A stretch of 32,000 nt of DNA from Candidatus Saccharimonadota bacterium (GTDB taxonomy: Bacteria > Patescibacteriota > Saccharimonadia > Saccharimonadales > Saccharimonadaceae): positions 150,001 to 182,000 of the forward strand of contig CP064995.1 of assembly GCA_016700015.1 (NCBI GenBank), given 5' to 3'. Below, piece by piece: positions 17,498 through 25,979 of this stretch (its first letter is position 1; each line of letters opens with the position of its first letter). A program made the position numbers and the translations under genes. The notes under the pieces were generated by a model. That model was not told where the DNA came from. It ran no database searches and was given only the letters and a program-made list of their open reading frames with translations.

Positions 17498-19060
17498 GTG
17501 AATAAAGCACTAGAAGATAAGCTACGCACGTTACCTGACTCTCCAGGGGTATACTTCCATCGCTCAAAACACGGCGAAGTGATTTATGTTGGTAAAGCTG
17601 CCGTTCTCAAAAATCGTGTACGCCACTATTTCCAAAACCAAAACGATAGGGACGCAAAAACCAAAGCGCTGATCGGTGAAATCTATGATACTGATTGGAT
17701 AGAAACCGAAAGCGAAATCGACGCACTATTTCTCGAAAGTGAAATGGTCAAGCGTTACATGCCAAGATATAATATTTTGCTGCGCGACGATAAATCTCAG
17801 CTCTATGTTAGAATCGACATGAAAAGCGAGTGGCCATTTGTAACAACAACACGCAATCCAGCAGACGATCGCGCAACCTATATCGGTCCGTTCTACAACG
17901 GCTTCGCAGTTAAGAAAGCACTCCGGTATTTGCGCAAAGTGTTTCCTTACTATACCAAGCCTCCAGCCGGTGGTCGACCCGACCTAGATGTTCACTTAGG
18001 GTTGAGTCCTAGCTCTGACACAACAAGTATTGAATACAAAACAAATCTTAAAAAACTTATTAAATATATTAAGGGTGGGCGAGTTGATATCGTAAAAGGT
18101 ATCGAACGTGACATGAAGCGCGCAGCGCGTGCGCATCAATTTGAAACGGCAGCCGATCTACGCAATAAGTTAGGCTACCTGAAAGAATTACAGCGCCGTA
18201 TTATGTTCGGCGACAAAGAGTTTCTCGATATCAGTAAAGACCAGGCGCTGACAAAACTGTCAGAGCTGTTGGGCCTGTCGCGCCAGCCGCGACGGATAGA
18301 GGCAATCGATGTGAGTCACATGAGCGGAGCAGATGTGGTGGCATCGCTCGTCGTATTTATCAACGGCGTCAGTAGTCGTCAGGACTACCGCAAATTCAAA
18401 ATGACTCAGCAACGTAACGATGATTATGAGCATATTTACGAAACCGTGTTTCGTCGCTTTAGTGAAAAAAACATAAAGTCTTGGGGTATGCCCGATTTGC
18501 TATTGATTGATGGCGGCAAGGGGCAGCTGGGCTCGGCACTCGATGCACTTGAAGCACGCCAGGTACAGGTACCCTGCATCGGTATCGCAAAGCGCGAGGA
18601 AGAGCTGGTGATTCATAAATCCCGATCACACATCGACGTATCCTATCTTGCTTGCTCGCGTATTAAACCGATACCAGGGCTATTCGTACAGGAAACAAAA
18701 TATCATTTCGAAGTAAATCTTCATCCGGAACAGCGCAACGCAGGCTCACATTCCCGCAATCTACGTGGCAACAGTGGTGTGACGCCCTATCGCGACATTA
18801 CTCTCTTGATTCAACGTATCCGTGACGAAGCTCACCGCTTTGCAGTTAGTTACCATACTGTATTGCGACGGAATGGTCACGCCAAAAGTCAGCTCGACGG
18901 CATAGCGGGTATTGGCCCGGTACTCAAAAAGCGACTGTTAACACGATTTGGTAGCGTGAGAGGTGTTCGCAGTGCATCGTTTGAGCAGCTAGCCGAAGTA
19001 GTTGGCGCGACACGTGCTCGACGCATTGCTAGCCATATTGCATCAACTACAATTAGCTAG
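17498..19060 (+). CDS. uvrC: Excinuclease ABC subunit C
   Basis: GIY-YIG N-terminus (GVYFHRSKHGEVIYVGKA...), UVR motif (AHQFETAADLRNKLGYL), and a C-terminal (HhH)2 (LDGIAGIGPVLKKRLLTRFGS). At 520 aa it is shorter than the typical ~600 aa. Confidence 0.93.
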   Translation: MNKALEDKLRTLPDSPGVYFHRSKHGEVIYVGKAAVLKNRVRHYFQNQNDRDAKTKALIGEIYDTDWIETESEIDALFLESEMVKRYMPRYNILLRDDKSQLYVRIDMKSEWPFVTTTRNPADDRATYIGPFYNGFAVKKALRYLRKVFPYYTKPPAGGRPDLDVHLGLSPSSDTTSIEYKTNLKKLIKYIKGGRVDIVKGIERDMKRAARAHQFETAADLRNKLGYLKELQRRIMFGDKEFLDISKDQALTKLSELLGLSRQPRRIEAIDVSHMSGADVVASLVVFINGVSSRQDYRKFKMTQQRNDDYEHIYETVFRRFSEKNIKSWGMPDLLLIDGGKGQLGSALDALEARQVQVPCIGIAKREEELVIHKSRSHIDVSYLACSRIKPIPGLFVQETKYHFEVNLHPEQRNAGSHSRNLRGNSGVTPYRDITLLIQRIRDEAHRFAVSYHTVLRRNGHAKSQLDGIAGIGPVLKKRLLTRFGSVRGVRSASFEQLAEVVGATRARRIASHIASTTIS

Positions 19061-19066
19061 TATCAT
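19061..19066 (+). promoter_or_regulatory. -10-like box TATCAT, 6 nt upstream of the pilin-like ATG
   Basis: TATCAT at 19061-19066, directly after the uvrC stop. ATG at 19073. Confidence 0.3.
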
Positions 19067-19072
19067 AAGGCC

Positions 19073-20665
19073 ATGAAGCATAAGTATCGTGGGTTTACAG
19101 TAGTAGAGCTTATTGTAGTTATCGTACTGCTTGTGATGTTGGCGACGATCACTATTTTTGCAATAGGTAGTTGGAGGACGCGTGTTGCTGAGAGCGAAGC
19201 AAAGAACGATGCTATTCAGGTTGCGTCAGCTATGAAGAATGCCAAAACTTGGGCAAATGGCTATCCCATATTCACAGAAGGTACTGTCTTTGATGGTGCC
19301 AATGCCACTAAGGCTGTATATGTGCCCGGTCAGGGCGTATTGGTGACGTATCAGTCTGGCGATGCGAACAACTACTGTATAGAGGTACGGAGCAAGATTA
19401 TTTCGAACGTGTACTACTATATCGACACGTCGACTGGCGGGACAAGTCCGCAAAAGGGCACCTGTGCCGGGGGGTTAAATAGTATTCCGGTGCCAACCGA
19501 TCCTGGCCAGACGTTGTTTGTGTTCGATACTAGGCTAAGCGGTTGTGTCGGAACGGTTCAGCTTCCGATTGCGTCGCCGGCCTCAGCTGCAGGGAGTACT
19601 ATCAACTGGGGTGATGGTACTACCGGTTCGCTGACATCTACATATCCAAGTCATACCTACACCAAGGCTGGGCGGTATGTTGTCTCTTATGACGGTGCAC
19701 TGGCTAGTATTTCTGGCTCTAGCGTGGCCGCCGGTAACCGTGGCTGTCTCACTGCTATACAGCAATGGTCGAACACTATTTCACCGACCAGTATTGATTT
19801 CAGATATTCTACCAATCTTAGCTATGTTGCAGAGCCGCCACATACGGTTACATCGATGGCATATATGTTTTACGGAGCCCCAACATTTAATCAGGACATA
19901 TCGGGGTGGGATGTTTCTAATGTCATCACCATGGGATATATGTTCAATAATGCAACTGCCTTTAACCAACCAATCGGCTCTTGGAATACTGCTAACGTGA
20001 CCAGTATGACCTATATGTTTGCAGGTGCAACTGCCTTTAACCAACCAATCGGCTCTTGGAATACAAGTAAAGTAAGTAGTATGTTTGCCATGTTCACAAA
20101 TGCAGATGCCTTTAACCAACCAATCGGCACCTGGAATACCGGCAACGTTCTTGATATGACCGCCATGTTTCAGGGTGCTGACGTTTTTAACCAACCAATC
20201 GGCACCTGGAACACTAGTAAAGTAACCAGTATGGCGACTTTATTTAATGGTGCCACAAACTTCAACCAGAACATATCTGGCTGGAATGTGGCGGCTGTAA
20301 CCAGTATGCACATGATGTTTGCAGGTGCAACCGCCTTTAATCAACCAATCGGCACCTGGAATACTAGCAATGTAACCAGTATGGCTTATATGTTCCAGAC
20401 CGCATACGCCTTTAATCAACCAATCGGCACCTGGAACACTAGTAAAGTAACCAATATGACATATATGTTCTACTATGCTACACAGTTTAACCAACCAATC
20501 AGTTCCTGGGATACCAGCAAAGTGACCAACATGGCCTATATGTTTGCTTTCTCTTCTCTTTTCAACCAGAACATATCTGGCTGGAACGTGGCGGCAGTGA
20601 CGAATCATACGAGCTTTCGCACTAATAGTGCGCTCACCGCCATCAATGCTCCTCCAGGCTGGTAG
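19073..20665 (+). CDS. Type IV prepilin-like N-terminus fused to a PKD-like segment and a DUF285/BspA-type leucine-rich repeat domain (candidate pilus-associated adhesin)
   Basis: Class III signal MKHKYRG|[22 protein letters not shown] (G-F-T-x-x-E with Glu at +5). Mid-region INWGDGTTG...[12 protein letters not shown] (PKD-like). About 10 repeats of FNQPIGxWNTSxVTxMxYMFxxAxx (the DUF285 pattern known from Mycoplasma surface proteins). Confidence 0.85.
   Translation: MKHKYRGFTVVELIVVIVLLVMLATITIFAIGSWRTRVAESEAKNDAIQVASAMKNAKTWANGYPIFTEGTVFDGANATKAVYVPGQGVLVTYQSGDANNYCIEVRSKIISNVYYYIDTSTGGTSPQKGTCAGGLNSIPVPTDPGQTLFVFDTRLSGCVGTVQLPIASPASAAGSTINWGDGTTGSLTSTYPSHTYTKAGRYVVSYDGALASISGSSVAAGNRGCLTAIQQWSNTISPTSIDFRYSTNLSYVAEPPHTVTSMAYMFYGAPTFNQDISGWDVSNVITMGYMFNNATAFNQPIGSWNTANVTSMTYMFAGATAFNQPIGSWNTSKVSSMFAMFTNADAFNQPIGTWNTGNVLDMTAMFQGADVFNQPIGTWNTSKVTSMATLFNGATNFNQNISGWNVAAVTSMHMMFAGATAFNQPIGTWNTSNVTSMAYMFQTAYAFNQPIGTWNTSKVTNMTYMFYYATQFNQPISSWDTSKVTNMAYMFAFSSLFNQNISGWNVAAVTNHTSFRTNSALTAINAPPGW
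19886..20635 (+). repeat. Ten in-frame tandem repeats with an exact 75-bp (25-aa) period inside the pilin-like gene
   Basis: The TTTAA(C/T)CA / TTCAACCA anchor recurs at 19886, 19961, 20036, 20111, 20186, 20261, 20336, 20411, 20486 and 20561, exactly +75 each time. Some units share a 38-nt identical stretch. Confidence 0.92.
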
Positions 20666-20700
20666 CTATATGGCTTTGTGTCGGTGGTAGCCATGAATGA

Positions 20701-20706
20701 TATAAT
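20701..20706 (+). promoter_or_regulatory. -10 box TATAAT, 6 nt upstream of the aminopeptidase ATG (leaderless-type)
   Basis: TATAAT at 20701-20706 and ATG at 20713. Confidence 0.45.
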
Positions 20707-20712
20707 CTTGGT

Positions 20713-21909
20713 ATGCGCCCCAGTCCTCTTCCACCGGATGTAGTACGACTCATCGAAGCACTTGATGGCGGCTTGGTGGTTGTCACTGCCTATGCTCAGC
20801 AGCAACTATCGGGTGATATGGCTGCACCTTTTGTGCAAGAAGCGAGTTTTTGGTGGTTGTCGCGTATCGAGCAGCCCGGATGGAAGCTAGTAATCGATGG
20901 CTCACGACGGAAAACCACCCTTATACGTCCCAGGTTGACGAAATCTCAGATAGTATTTGACGGTGGGCTAGATGACAGTCGGGCTCTTGAGCTTTCGGGT
21001 GCGCATGATGTAATAGGCGCAGACGAGTTTGAGGCTTTTTTGAGACAGGCGCGTCGTGCGCATAGCATGGTGTATACGATAAAGCCGAATATCGAGGAAT
21101 ATGACTTTGAAACTAACCCGGCGCAGCATGAGCTATGCGTAGTGCTCGAGCGCATATTTACCACGGTGCAGGACTGCACGCCTGCACTCGCACAGCTCCG
21201 CGCCATTAAGACACCATTCGAAATTATGTCAATGAAAAAGGCGATTAAGCTGACGACAACTGCTTTCGCAGAGGTTCGAGCCAGACTCGGTGATTACTCG
21301 TACGAATATGAAATTGAGGCAGATATTACACGCTGTTTTCGACGTCATAATGCCAAACATGCCTACGAGCCAATTGTTGCAAGTGGCAAAAACGCACTAA
21401 CACTTCACTATACTGCCAATCGGCATAAACTTGCTAAAAATCAGTTTGTGTTGATTGATGTCGGTGCACGGGCTGACGGGTACTGTGCCGACATTACGCG
21501 CACGTACTGCATAAATCCTACAAAACGTCAGCGTCAAGTCCATGAGGCAGTTGAACATGCACACCATGCCATTATTTCACTCATAAAGCCAGGCCTTCCT
21601 GTGGCTGAGTATCTGAGCCAAGTTGATGAGATCATGAAAGATGCGATGATACGCCTGGGCCTTTTAAAGGACCGGTCGGACGAAGTTCTCTACCATACGT
21701 ACTTTCCGCACGCGGTGAGCCACGGTCTTGGTGTCGACGTCCACGATAGCCTGGGTGCGCCACGCTACCTTGCTGAAGGTATGGTGCTTACCGTAGAGCC
21801 CGGCATCTATATACCAGAAGAAGGAATTGGTGTCCGCATTGAAGATGATGTCCTTGTGACAAAGACTGGCTATAAAAACTTGAGCGGTTCGCTGTCGACA
21901 AATCTCTAG
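20713..21909 (+). CDS. M24B family Xaa-Pro aminopeptidase/dipeptidase
   Basis: Pita-bread fold metal-ligand contexts: LIDVGARADGYCADITRT, HGLGVDVHD, LTVEPGIY, GVRIEDDVLVT. Confidence 0.9.
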   Translation: MRPSPLPPDVVRLIEALDGGLVVVTAYAQQQLSGDMAAPFVQEASFWWLSRIEQPGWKLVIDGSRRKTTLIRPRLTKSQIVFDGGLDDSRALELSGAHDVIGADEFEAFLRQARRAHSMVYTIKPNIEEYDFETNPAQHELCVVLERIFTTVQDCTPALAQLRAIKTPFEIMSMKKAIKLTTTAFAEVRARLGDYSYEYEIEADITRCFRRHNAKHAYEPIVASGKNALTLHYTANRHKLAKNQFVLIDVGARADGYCADITRTYCINPTKRQRQVHEAVEHAHHAIISLIKPGLPVAEYLSQVDEIMKDAMIRLGLLKDRSDEVLYHTYFPHAVSHGLGVDVHDSLGAPRYLAEGMVLTVEPGIYIPEEGIGVRIEDDVLVTKTGYKNLSGSLSTNL

Positions 21910-21917
21910 TAAGACGC

Positions 21918-21923
21918 TATACT
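21918..21923 (+). promoter_or_regulatory. -10 box TATACT, 10 nt upstream of the 21934 ATG
   Basis: TATACT at 21918-21923 and ATG at 21934. Confidence 0.35.
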
Positions 21924-21933
21924 GAAATCAATA

Positions 21934-22329
21934 ATGAAACGCCAGTTACTTACGTTTGTGATCCGATGGATGCTCAATTCATTTGGCCTATGGGTGGCGG
22001 TCAGGATTTTTGGGACTGGATACAGCAACGCGCAAATTGATCAAGGAGCAGCAGTCTTTTTGCTGGCAGGGCTTATTTTCTCAGTAGTTAACGCGGTATT
22101 AAAGCCAGCTGCCATTATATTGGCTTTGCCGGCAATTCTCGTCACGCTCGGGCTCTTCACGATTATTGTTAATGGTCTTATGGTGTATATTTCTCTCAAG
22201 CTTGCCCCGGGGCTAACGATGACATTTTGGCACTCGGTTCTTACTGGTTTGGTGCTAAGTTTGGTAAACTATATAGTTAGTAGCGCGCTTGAATTAGAGT
22301 ATGTGCGCGTGCGAGAGGAGAAATCGTGA
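21934..22329 (+). CDS. Four-TM membrane protein, phage holin family IV-like (YvlD type)
   Basis: 131 aa. The pattern RWMLNSFGLWVAVRIF...LLAGLIFSVVNAVLKPAAIILALPAILVTLGLFTIIVNGLMVY is typical of the PF04020-type family. Confidence 0.65.
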   Translation: MKRQLLTFVIRWMLNSFGLWVAVRIFGTGYSNAQIDQGAAVFLLAGLIFSVVNAVLKPAAIILALPAILVTLGLFTIIVNGLMVYISLKLAPGLTMTFWHSVLTGLVLSLVNYIVSSALELEYVRVREEKS

Positions 22330-22559
22330 ATATAGACAGTATACTTCAGACAATTACTGTTGGATCGGCTCTTTTGATGATAATTGCCATCCTGTTACAG
22401 CAACGTGGAGCAAGCCTTGGTGCTGGATTTGGTGGCTCAAGCGAGCTATACACCACACGGCGTGGACTCGATAAGAATTTATTTGAACTAACGATTTTTC
22501 TTGCGATTACGTTTGTGCTCTCTATTCTCGCCGGGCTAGTACTACCCAACTTAAAATAG
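22326..22559 (+). CDS. secG: Preprotein translocase subunit SecG
   Basis: 77 aa, two TM helices, and LLQQRGASLGAGFGGSSELYTTRRG (SecG signature). GTG start preceded by SD GAGGAG (22315-22320). 4-nt overlap with the upstream gene. Confidence 0.8.
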   Translation: MNIDSILQTITVGSALLMIIAILLQQRGASLGAGFGGSSELYTTRRGLDKNLFELTIFLAITFVLSILAGLVLPNLK

Positions 22560-22568
22560 GATACATGT

Positions 22569-24362
22569 GTGGAAGAAAAACGTGGGTGGAACCAATTTAG
22601 ACATATAAGGCTGAATCACAAACAGCTTGCGCGGCGTATGAAAAAAGCCGAAGGTGCCACACAGCGCCACGCACATCGTTTTATCGTGCGTCGTATCGAT
22701 AACATTCGGCTCGTCACAAGAGAGATTACAACATGGCTGCTAGTAGTCGGAGTAATTATTGCAACCACAGGTTTTCAGCTCATTTGGGGCCAGACTCATT
22801 TTATGCGCAGCACGCCTGTCGCGGGTGGTACGTATGTTGAAGGTGTTTTGGGGCAGATCGATACCATGAACCCCCTTTTTGTAAGTACACCTTCGGAAGC
22901 ATCAGTGGCGCGCCTTGTTTTTTCGTCGCTCTACAACTATGACGAAACTGGGAGTATTCACCAAGATCTCGCTAAGACTCTCACCGCTGATCAAAGCGGC
23001 AAAGTCTACACCATCACTCTCCGTGACGACGTAAAGTGGCATGATGGTGCAGCTTTGACGGCTAAGGACATTGTATTTACAATCAACCTTATAAAAAATC
23101 CGGCAACTCGCTCGCCGCTGCGGATCAATTGGCTTGACGTGTCTGTTACCGCGCCTACGAATACCACGGTCCAGTTTACGCTTCCCGCTACCTATGCGGC
23201 TTTTCCTCATGCGTTAACATTCCCAATATTACCCGAGCACATCTTGCGGGGCGTTGCCCCGGGTGCGCTACGAGAAAGCCCCTATAGTCGTTCACCAGTG
23301 GGGAGCGGTCCATTTAGTTTTCGGCTATTACAAGCTGCCGATGCGGTCAGTAAGCACAAAGTTGTCCACCTTGTGGCGAATGATCGATATTATGCTGGCA
23401 TACCGAAACTTGATCGATTTGAACTCCATGCTTACCCCACGGAAGATGCACTGCTGAGTGCGCTTAAGGCTGGAGAGCTAAGTGGCGCAAGCGGTGTTTC
23501 TGTTACGTCTCTTTCGCAGGTAGATACTGCACGCTATACAATGACTGCGCAAGCACTCTATAGCGGTGTATACATACTCTTTAATGTGAACAATCCCATA
23601 CTAAAAGATAGTAAGGTACGCAAAGCTTTACAGATTGGGACTGATACCATTTCATTGCGCAAGGTTATAGGTGGAGGTGTTCTCCCGCTTGACACGCCAG
23701 TTATTGAAAGTCAACTAACCGAAGGTGATTTCCCGAAACTGTCGTCGATTGACACGACGAAGGCGAAAGCTCTACTAGATGAAGCCGGCTGGGTTGTCAG
23801 TGGAAGCAACCGCGCAAAAGACGGTAAAATACTCGAATTCACTATTACCACTACGAAAAATCCCGAATACGAAAAATCGATTGATGTATTGACAAGGCAG
23901 TGGCAGACCTTGGGGGTAAAGGTAAATAAAAAGATTGTTGACGTATCGACAGTTACTTCGACATTTGTTCAGGATGTATTAAAAGCGCGAAACTTTGACA
24001 TGCTTCTTTATGAACTAGCGATTGGCGGCGACCCAGATGTCTATGCTTATTGGCATTCATCACAGGTGGGGCAGAGTGGCTATAACTTCTCTGGCTATGC
24101 GAGCAAGGCGGCAGATGCAAGTTTGGCAAGTGCCCGTTCTCGGCTCGAGCCAGAACTGCGCAGCGCCAAGTATAAACAGTTCGCCCGTCAATGGCAAGAA
24201 GATGCCCCTGCGCTAGGACTATATCAGCCTGTCTTAGAATATATTGCTAATCTGAATGTGAAAGCTGTCAACAAAGGCACCATACTCACTACAGAGTCTG
24301 ACCGTTATGCCAATGTCCAGTACTGGACTGTCAATGAAAAGAATTTATACAAAACGCCATAA
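22569..24362 (+). CDS. ABC-transporter family-5 (peptide/nickel, OppA/DppA-like) solute-binding protein, membrane-anchored, with no adjacent permease/ATPase genes
   Basis: The 597-aa ORF has a basic N-terminus and one TM helix (WLLVVGVIIATTGF). SBP_bac_5-like body (DDVKWHDGAALTAKDIVFT...). Start uncertain (GTG 22569 or a later ATG). Confidence 0.8.
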   Translation: MEEKRGWNQFRHIRLNHKQLARRMKKAEGATQRHAHRFIVRRIDNIRLVTREITTWLLVVGVIIATTGFQLIWGQTHFMRSTPVAGGTYVEGVLGQIDTMNPLFVSTPSEASVARLVFSSLYNYDETGSIHQDLAKTLTADQSGKVYTITLRDDVKWHDGAALTAKDIVFTINLIKNPATRSPLRINWLDVSVTAPTNTTVQFTLPATYAAFPHALTFPILPEHILRGVAPGALRESPYSRSPVGSGPFSFRLLQAADAVSKHKVVHLVANDRYYAGIPKLDRFELHAYPTEDALLSALKAGELSGASGVSVTSLSQVDTARYTMTAQALYSGVYILFNVNNPILKDSKVRKALQIGTDTISLRKVIGGGVLPLDTPVIESQLTEGDFPKLSSIDTTKAKALLDEAGWVVSGSNRAKDGKILEFTITTTKNPEYEKSIDVLTRQWQTLGVKVNKKIVDVSTVTSTFVQDVLKARNFDMLLYELAIGGDPDVYAYWHSSQVGQSGYNFSGYASKAADASLASARSRLEPELRSAKYKQFARQWQEDAPALGLYQPVLEYIANLNVKAVNKGTILTTESDRYANVQYWTVNEKNLYKTP

Positions 24363-24440
24363 TGAGATTTGTGTCTGGCTAGGGAATTCCTGAATTAGGT
24401 ATACAATTGGCAATTTGACCAACCGAAAGTTCTTACCAGG

Positions 24441-24508
24441 GCCTTAATCCAACCTAAAAGGATGAGCCGAAACTCATCTTTATAGCGTGGTGCACTGGAG
24501 AAGACTTG
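24441..24508 (+). repeat. Site 1: arm P + 9-bp core TGGTGCACT + 12 nt of the tRNA-Leu(GAG) 3' end (attB-like relic)
   Basis: TGGTGCACTGGAGAAGACTTG (24488-24508) is identical to 28070-28090, the reverse complement of the last 21 nt of tRNA-Leu(GAG). Arm P (24441-24487) recurs at 24624-24669. Confidence 0.85.
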
Positions 24509-24623
24509 GCGAAGCGCCGCTTGGTGAGAAAGAGCAAGCTCTTTTTCGCCAAGCCAGCGGAGGAGCGAAGCGATACATCCACAATTTTGCCGAAGGCAAA
24601 ACACGCTGGAAGTTCGTGCCAAA

Positions 24624-24678
24624 GCCTTAATAAACCTAAAAAGATGAGCCGAAACTCATCTTTATAGCGTGGTGCACT
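24624..24678 (+). repeat. Site 2 left part: second copy of arm P + core (left element junction, attR-like in tRNA orientation)
   Basis: GCCTTAATAAACCTAAAAAGATGAGCCGAAACTCATCTTTATAGCG + TGGTGCACT. About 90% identical to 24441-24496 (one indel and a few mismatches). On the minus strand it contains the hairpin AAAGATGAG/CTCATCTTT followed by a T-rich tract, which looks like the native tRNA-Leu terminator. Confidence 0.85.
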
Positions 24679-24851
24679 TTTACACGCAAGTCCGAACCTA
24701 TTTTGAGCAAAATGGCTGACAAATGCAAGCCCCGTCGCCTAGCACAGCAAAGCTGTGCTGCGCCCCGCTCAGAAAACCCTTTGCATATTTTTTTGAGATT
24801 TCCCCCGCCGAGATTTTTTTGGAAAAGGAAAAGGGTGTTTCTGGTCGGGTC
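24670..24851 (+). repeat. Inverted repeat R (left copy, 9-bp core + 173 bp)
   Basis: By eye, the reverse complement of 26012-26193 along its full length. Supported by identical 50-aa translations of the spurious ORFs 24703..24915(+) and 25975..26160(-). Confidence 0.9.
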
Positions 24852-24939
24852 GCGTCTGCCTTTGGCAGACAGGCGGCGTGGCTCGGTCGGCATAGCCGAC
24901 ACACTTCGCCAGTGAAGCGTAAAAGCAGATGAACAGTTG

Positions 24940-24945
24940 TATAAT
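24940..24945 (+). promoter_or_regulatory. -10 box TATAAT, 6 nt upstream of the cargo Nudix ATG (leaderless-type)
   Basis: TATAAT at 24940-24945, ggaggt, then ATG at 24952. The GGAGG is too close to the ATG to serve as an SD. Confidence 0.4.
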
Positions 24946-24951
24946 GGAGGT

Positions 24952-25374
24952 ATGATAGATTTTATCGGAGTGAAAATTGCCCTAATAAACAACGGCAAAC
25001 TACTAATGATACAGCGCGATGACAAACCTGGTTTACGCTATGCTGGCTTGTGGGATTTTCCCGGTGGCGCAAGAGAAGAAAACGAAACCCCAGCGGAATG
25101 TGTAATTCGCGAGGTTGATGAAGAACTGGGAATTACGCTTAAACCAGAACAAATAATCTGGGAAAGGGTTTTTCCAGCTATGCACGACGAGAGATTAAAC
25201 GCATATTTTATGGTTGCAGAAATATCGGACAACGATGTTGATAACATAGTTTTCGGCGATGAGGGACAGGGCTGGAAAATGTTTGCTATTGATGAATTCC
25301 TTAACTCAAACGAAGTAGTTGAACCACTAAAAGATAGGCTCAAGCCATATCTTGACACTAAAGTTCAGGTATAA
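24952..25374 (+). CDS. Nudix hydrolase (element cargo)
   Basis: Nudix box GGAREENETPAECVIREVDEELGI, 140 aa from ATG 24952. The track's TTG start at 24937 would overlap the TATAAT box. Confidence 0.85.
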   Translation: MIDFIGVKIALINNGKLLMIQRDDKPGLRYAGLWDFPGGAREENETPAECVIREVDEELGITLKPEQIIWERVFPAMHDERLNAYFMVAEISDNDVDNIVFGDEGQGWKMFAIDEFLNSNEVVEPLKDRLKPYLDTKVQV

Positions 25375-25966
25375 GTTCTTTTAATCTCTCTCTTAATTGG
25401 TCGGGGCTTGTAAAAGTTATACCGTGCATACCGACAGATGTGGCGGCTTGGGCGTTTTCGGGGTCATCATCAATAAATATAGTTTGATCGGCTTTCGCCC
25501 CAAGAGTTTCAAGGGCATACTCATAAATGTCTTTGTGGGGTTTGCGCAGGCCTATCTCGTGCGACAACAAGACGATACCAAAATCATCATACAAGCCTGC
25601 TTCTCGTAGTGCTTTTGCGTGTGGCTCAATGGTGTTAGACAACACTGCCGTCTTAATGCCGAGTTCGCCCAAGTCTTTGACAATAGTCCGAACCTCTGCG
25701 AACGGCACGAGCTGTTCTATAAATGCGCGCCCTAACAAGTTTTCATCTACTCCGACTTGCCTTAATCCGTGTTTCTCGCTGACTTGTTGCCAAAACTCTG
25801 TTTCGTCAATTTTACCTGAACCAAGTAAAGGAATTTGCTCTGCCCAAATTTGAGCAAGTGTTTCCTTGCTCAAACCAAGCTCATTAGCTAAATCCTCCGT
25901 AACTGCTGAGTTACTCTCGTGCAGAACGCCGCCCGCGTCGAAAATAACGGTTTCTATCTTACTCAT
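25358..25966 (-). CDS. HAD-superfamily hydrolase/phosphatase, subfamily IA-like (element cargo)
   Basis: HAD motifs I VIFDAGGVL, II VLSNT, III GLRKP, IV IFIDDDPEN. 202 aa. Convergent 17-nt overlap with the Nudix gene. Confidence 0.88.
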   Translation of the reverse strand: MSKIETVIFDAGGVLHESNSAVTEDLANELGLSKETLAQIWAEQIPLLGSGKIDETEFWQQVSEKHGLRQVGVDENLLGRAFIEQLVPFAEVRTIVKDLGELGIKTAVLSNTIEPHAKALREAGLYDDFGIVLLSHEIGLRKPHKDIYEYALETLGAKADQTIFIDDDPENAQAATSVGMHGITFTSPDQLRERLKELIPEL

Positions 25967-25973
25967 AGATGTA

Positions 25974-25979
25974 ATTATA
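25974..25979 (-). promoter_or_regulatory. -10 box TATAAT, 7 nt upstream of the HAD ATG (a second TATAAT at 25984-25989)
   Basis: The minus strand reads GGGGTTATAATATGTTATAATtacatctATG. Confidence 0.4.

Noticed and set aside
19781-20608. Two long antisense ORFs (19781..20194 and 20240..20608, minus strand) with repetitive ADWLVKG motifs
   Set aside because: They are the mirror image of the 75-bp in-frame repeats of the pilin-like gene. The sense strand has the recognisable DUF285 motif and a proper N-terminus. The antisense frames stay open only because the repeat lacks stop codons.
19886-20635. Diversity-generating retroelement target (variable repeat protein)
   Set aside because: There is no reverse transcriptase, no template/variable repeat pair with A-specific mismatches, and no accessory gene in the window. 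The variation between units looks like ordinary repeat divergence.
22556-22568. TAGGAT as a leaderless-type -10 box for the solute-binding protein GTG start
   Set aside because: It is a poor match to TATAAT, overlaps the secG stop, and the SBP start codon is itself uncertain. It is not counted among the leaderless examples.
24441-24678. Possible CRISPR-like or tandem repeat (55-bp unit repeated with a 182-bp period)
   Set aside because: There are only two copies, the period is too long and the spacer is unique. The repeats are explained as duplicated att arm P plus core. No cas genes are present.
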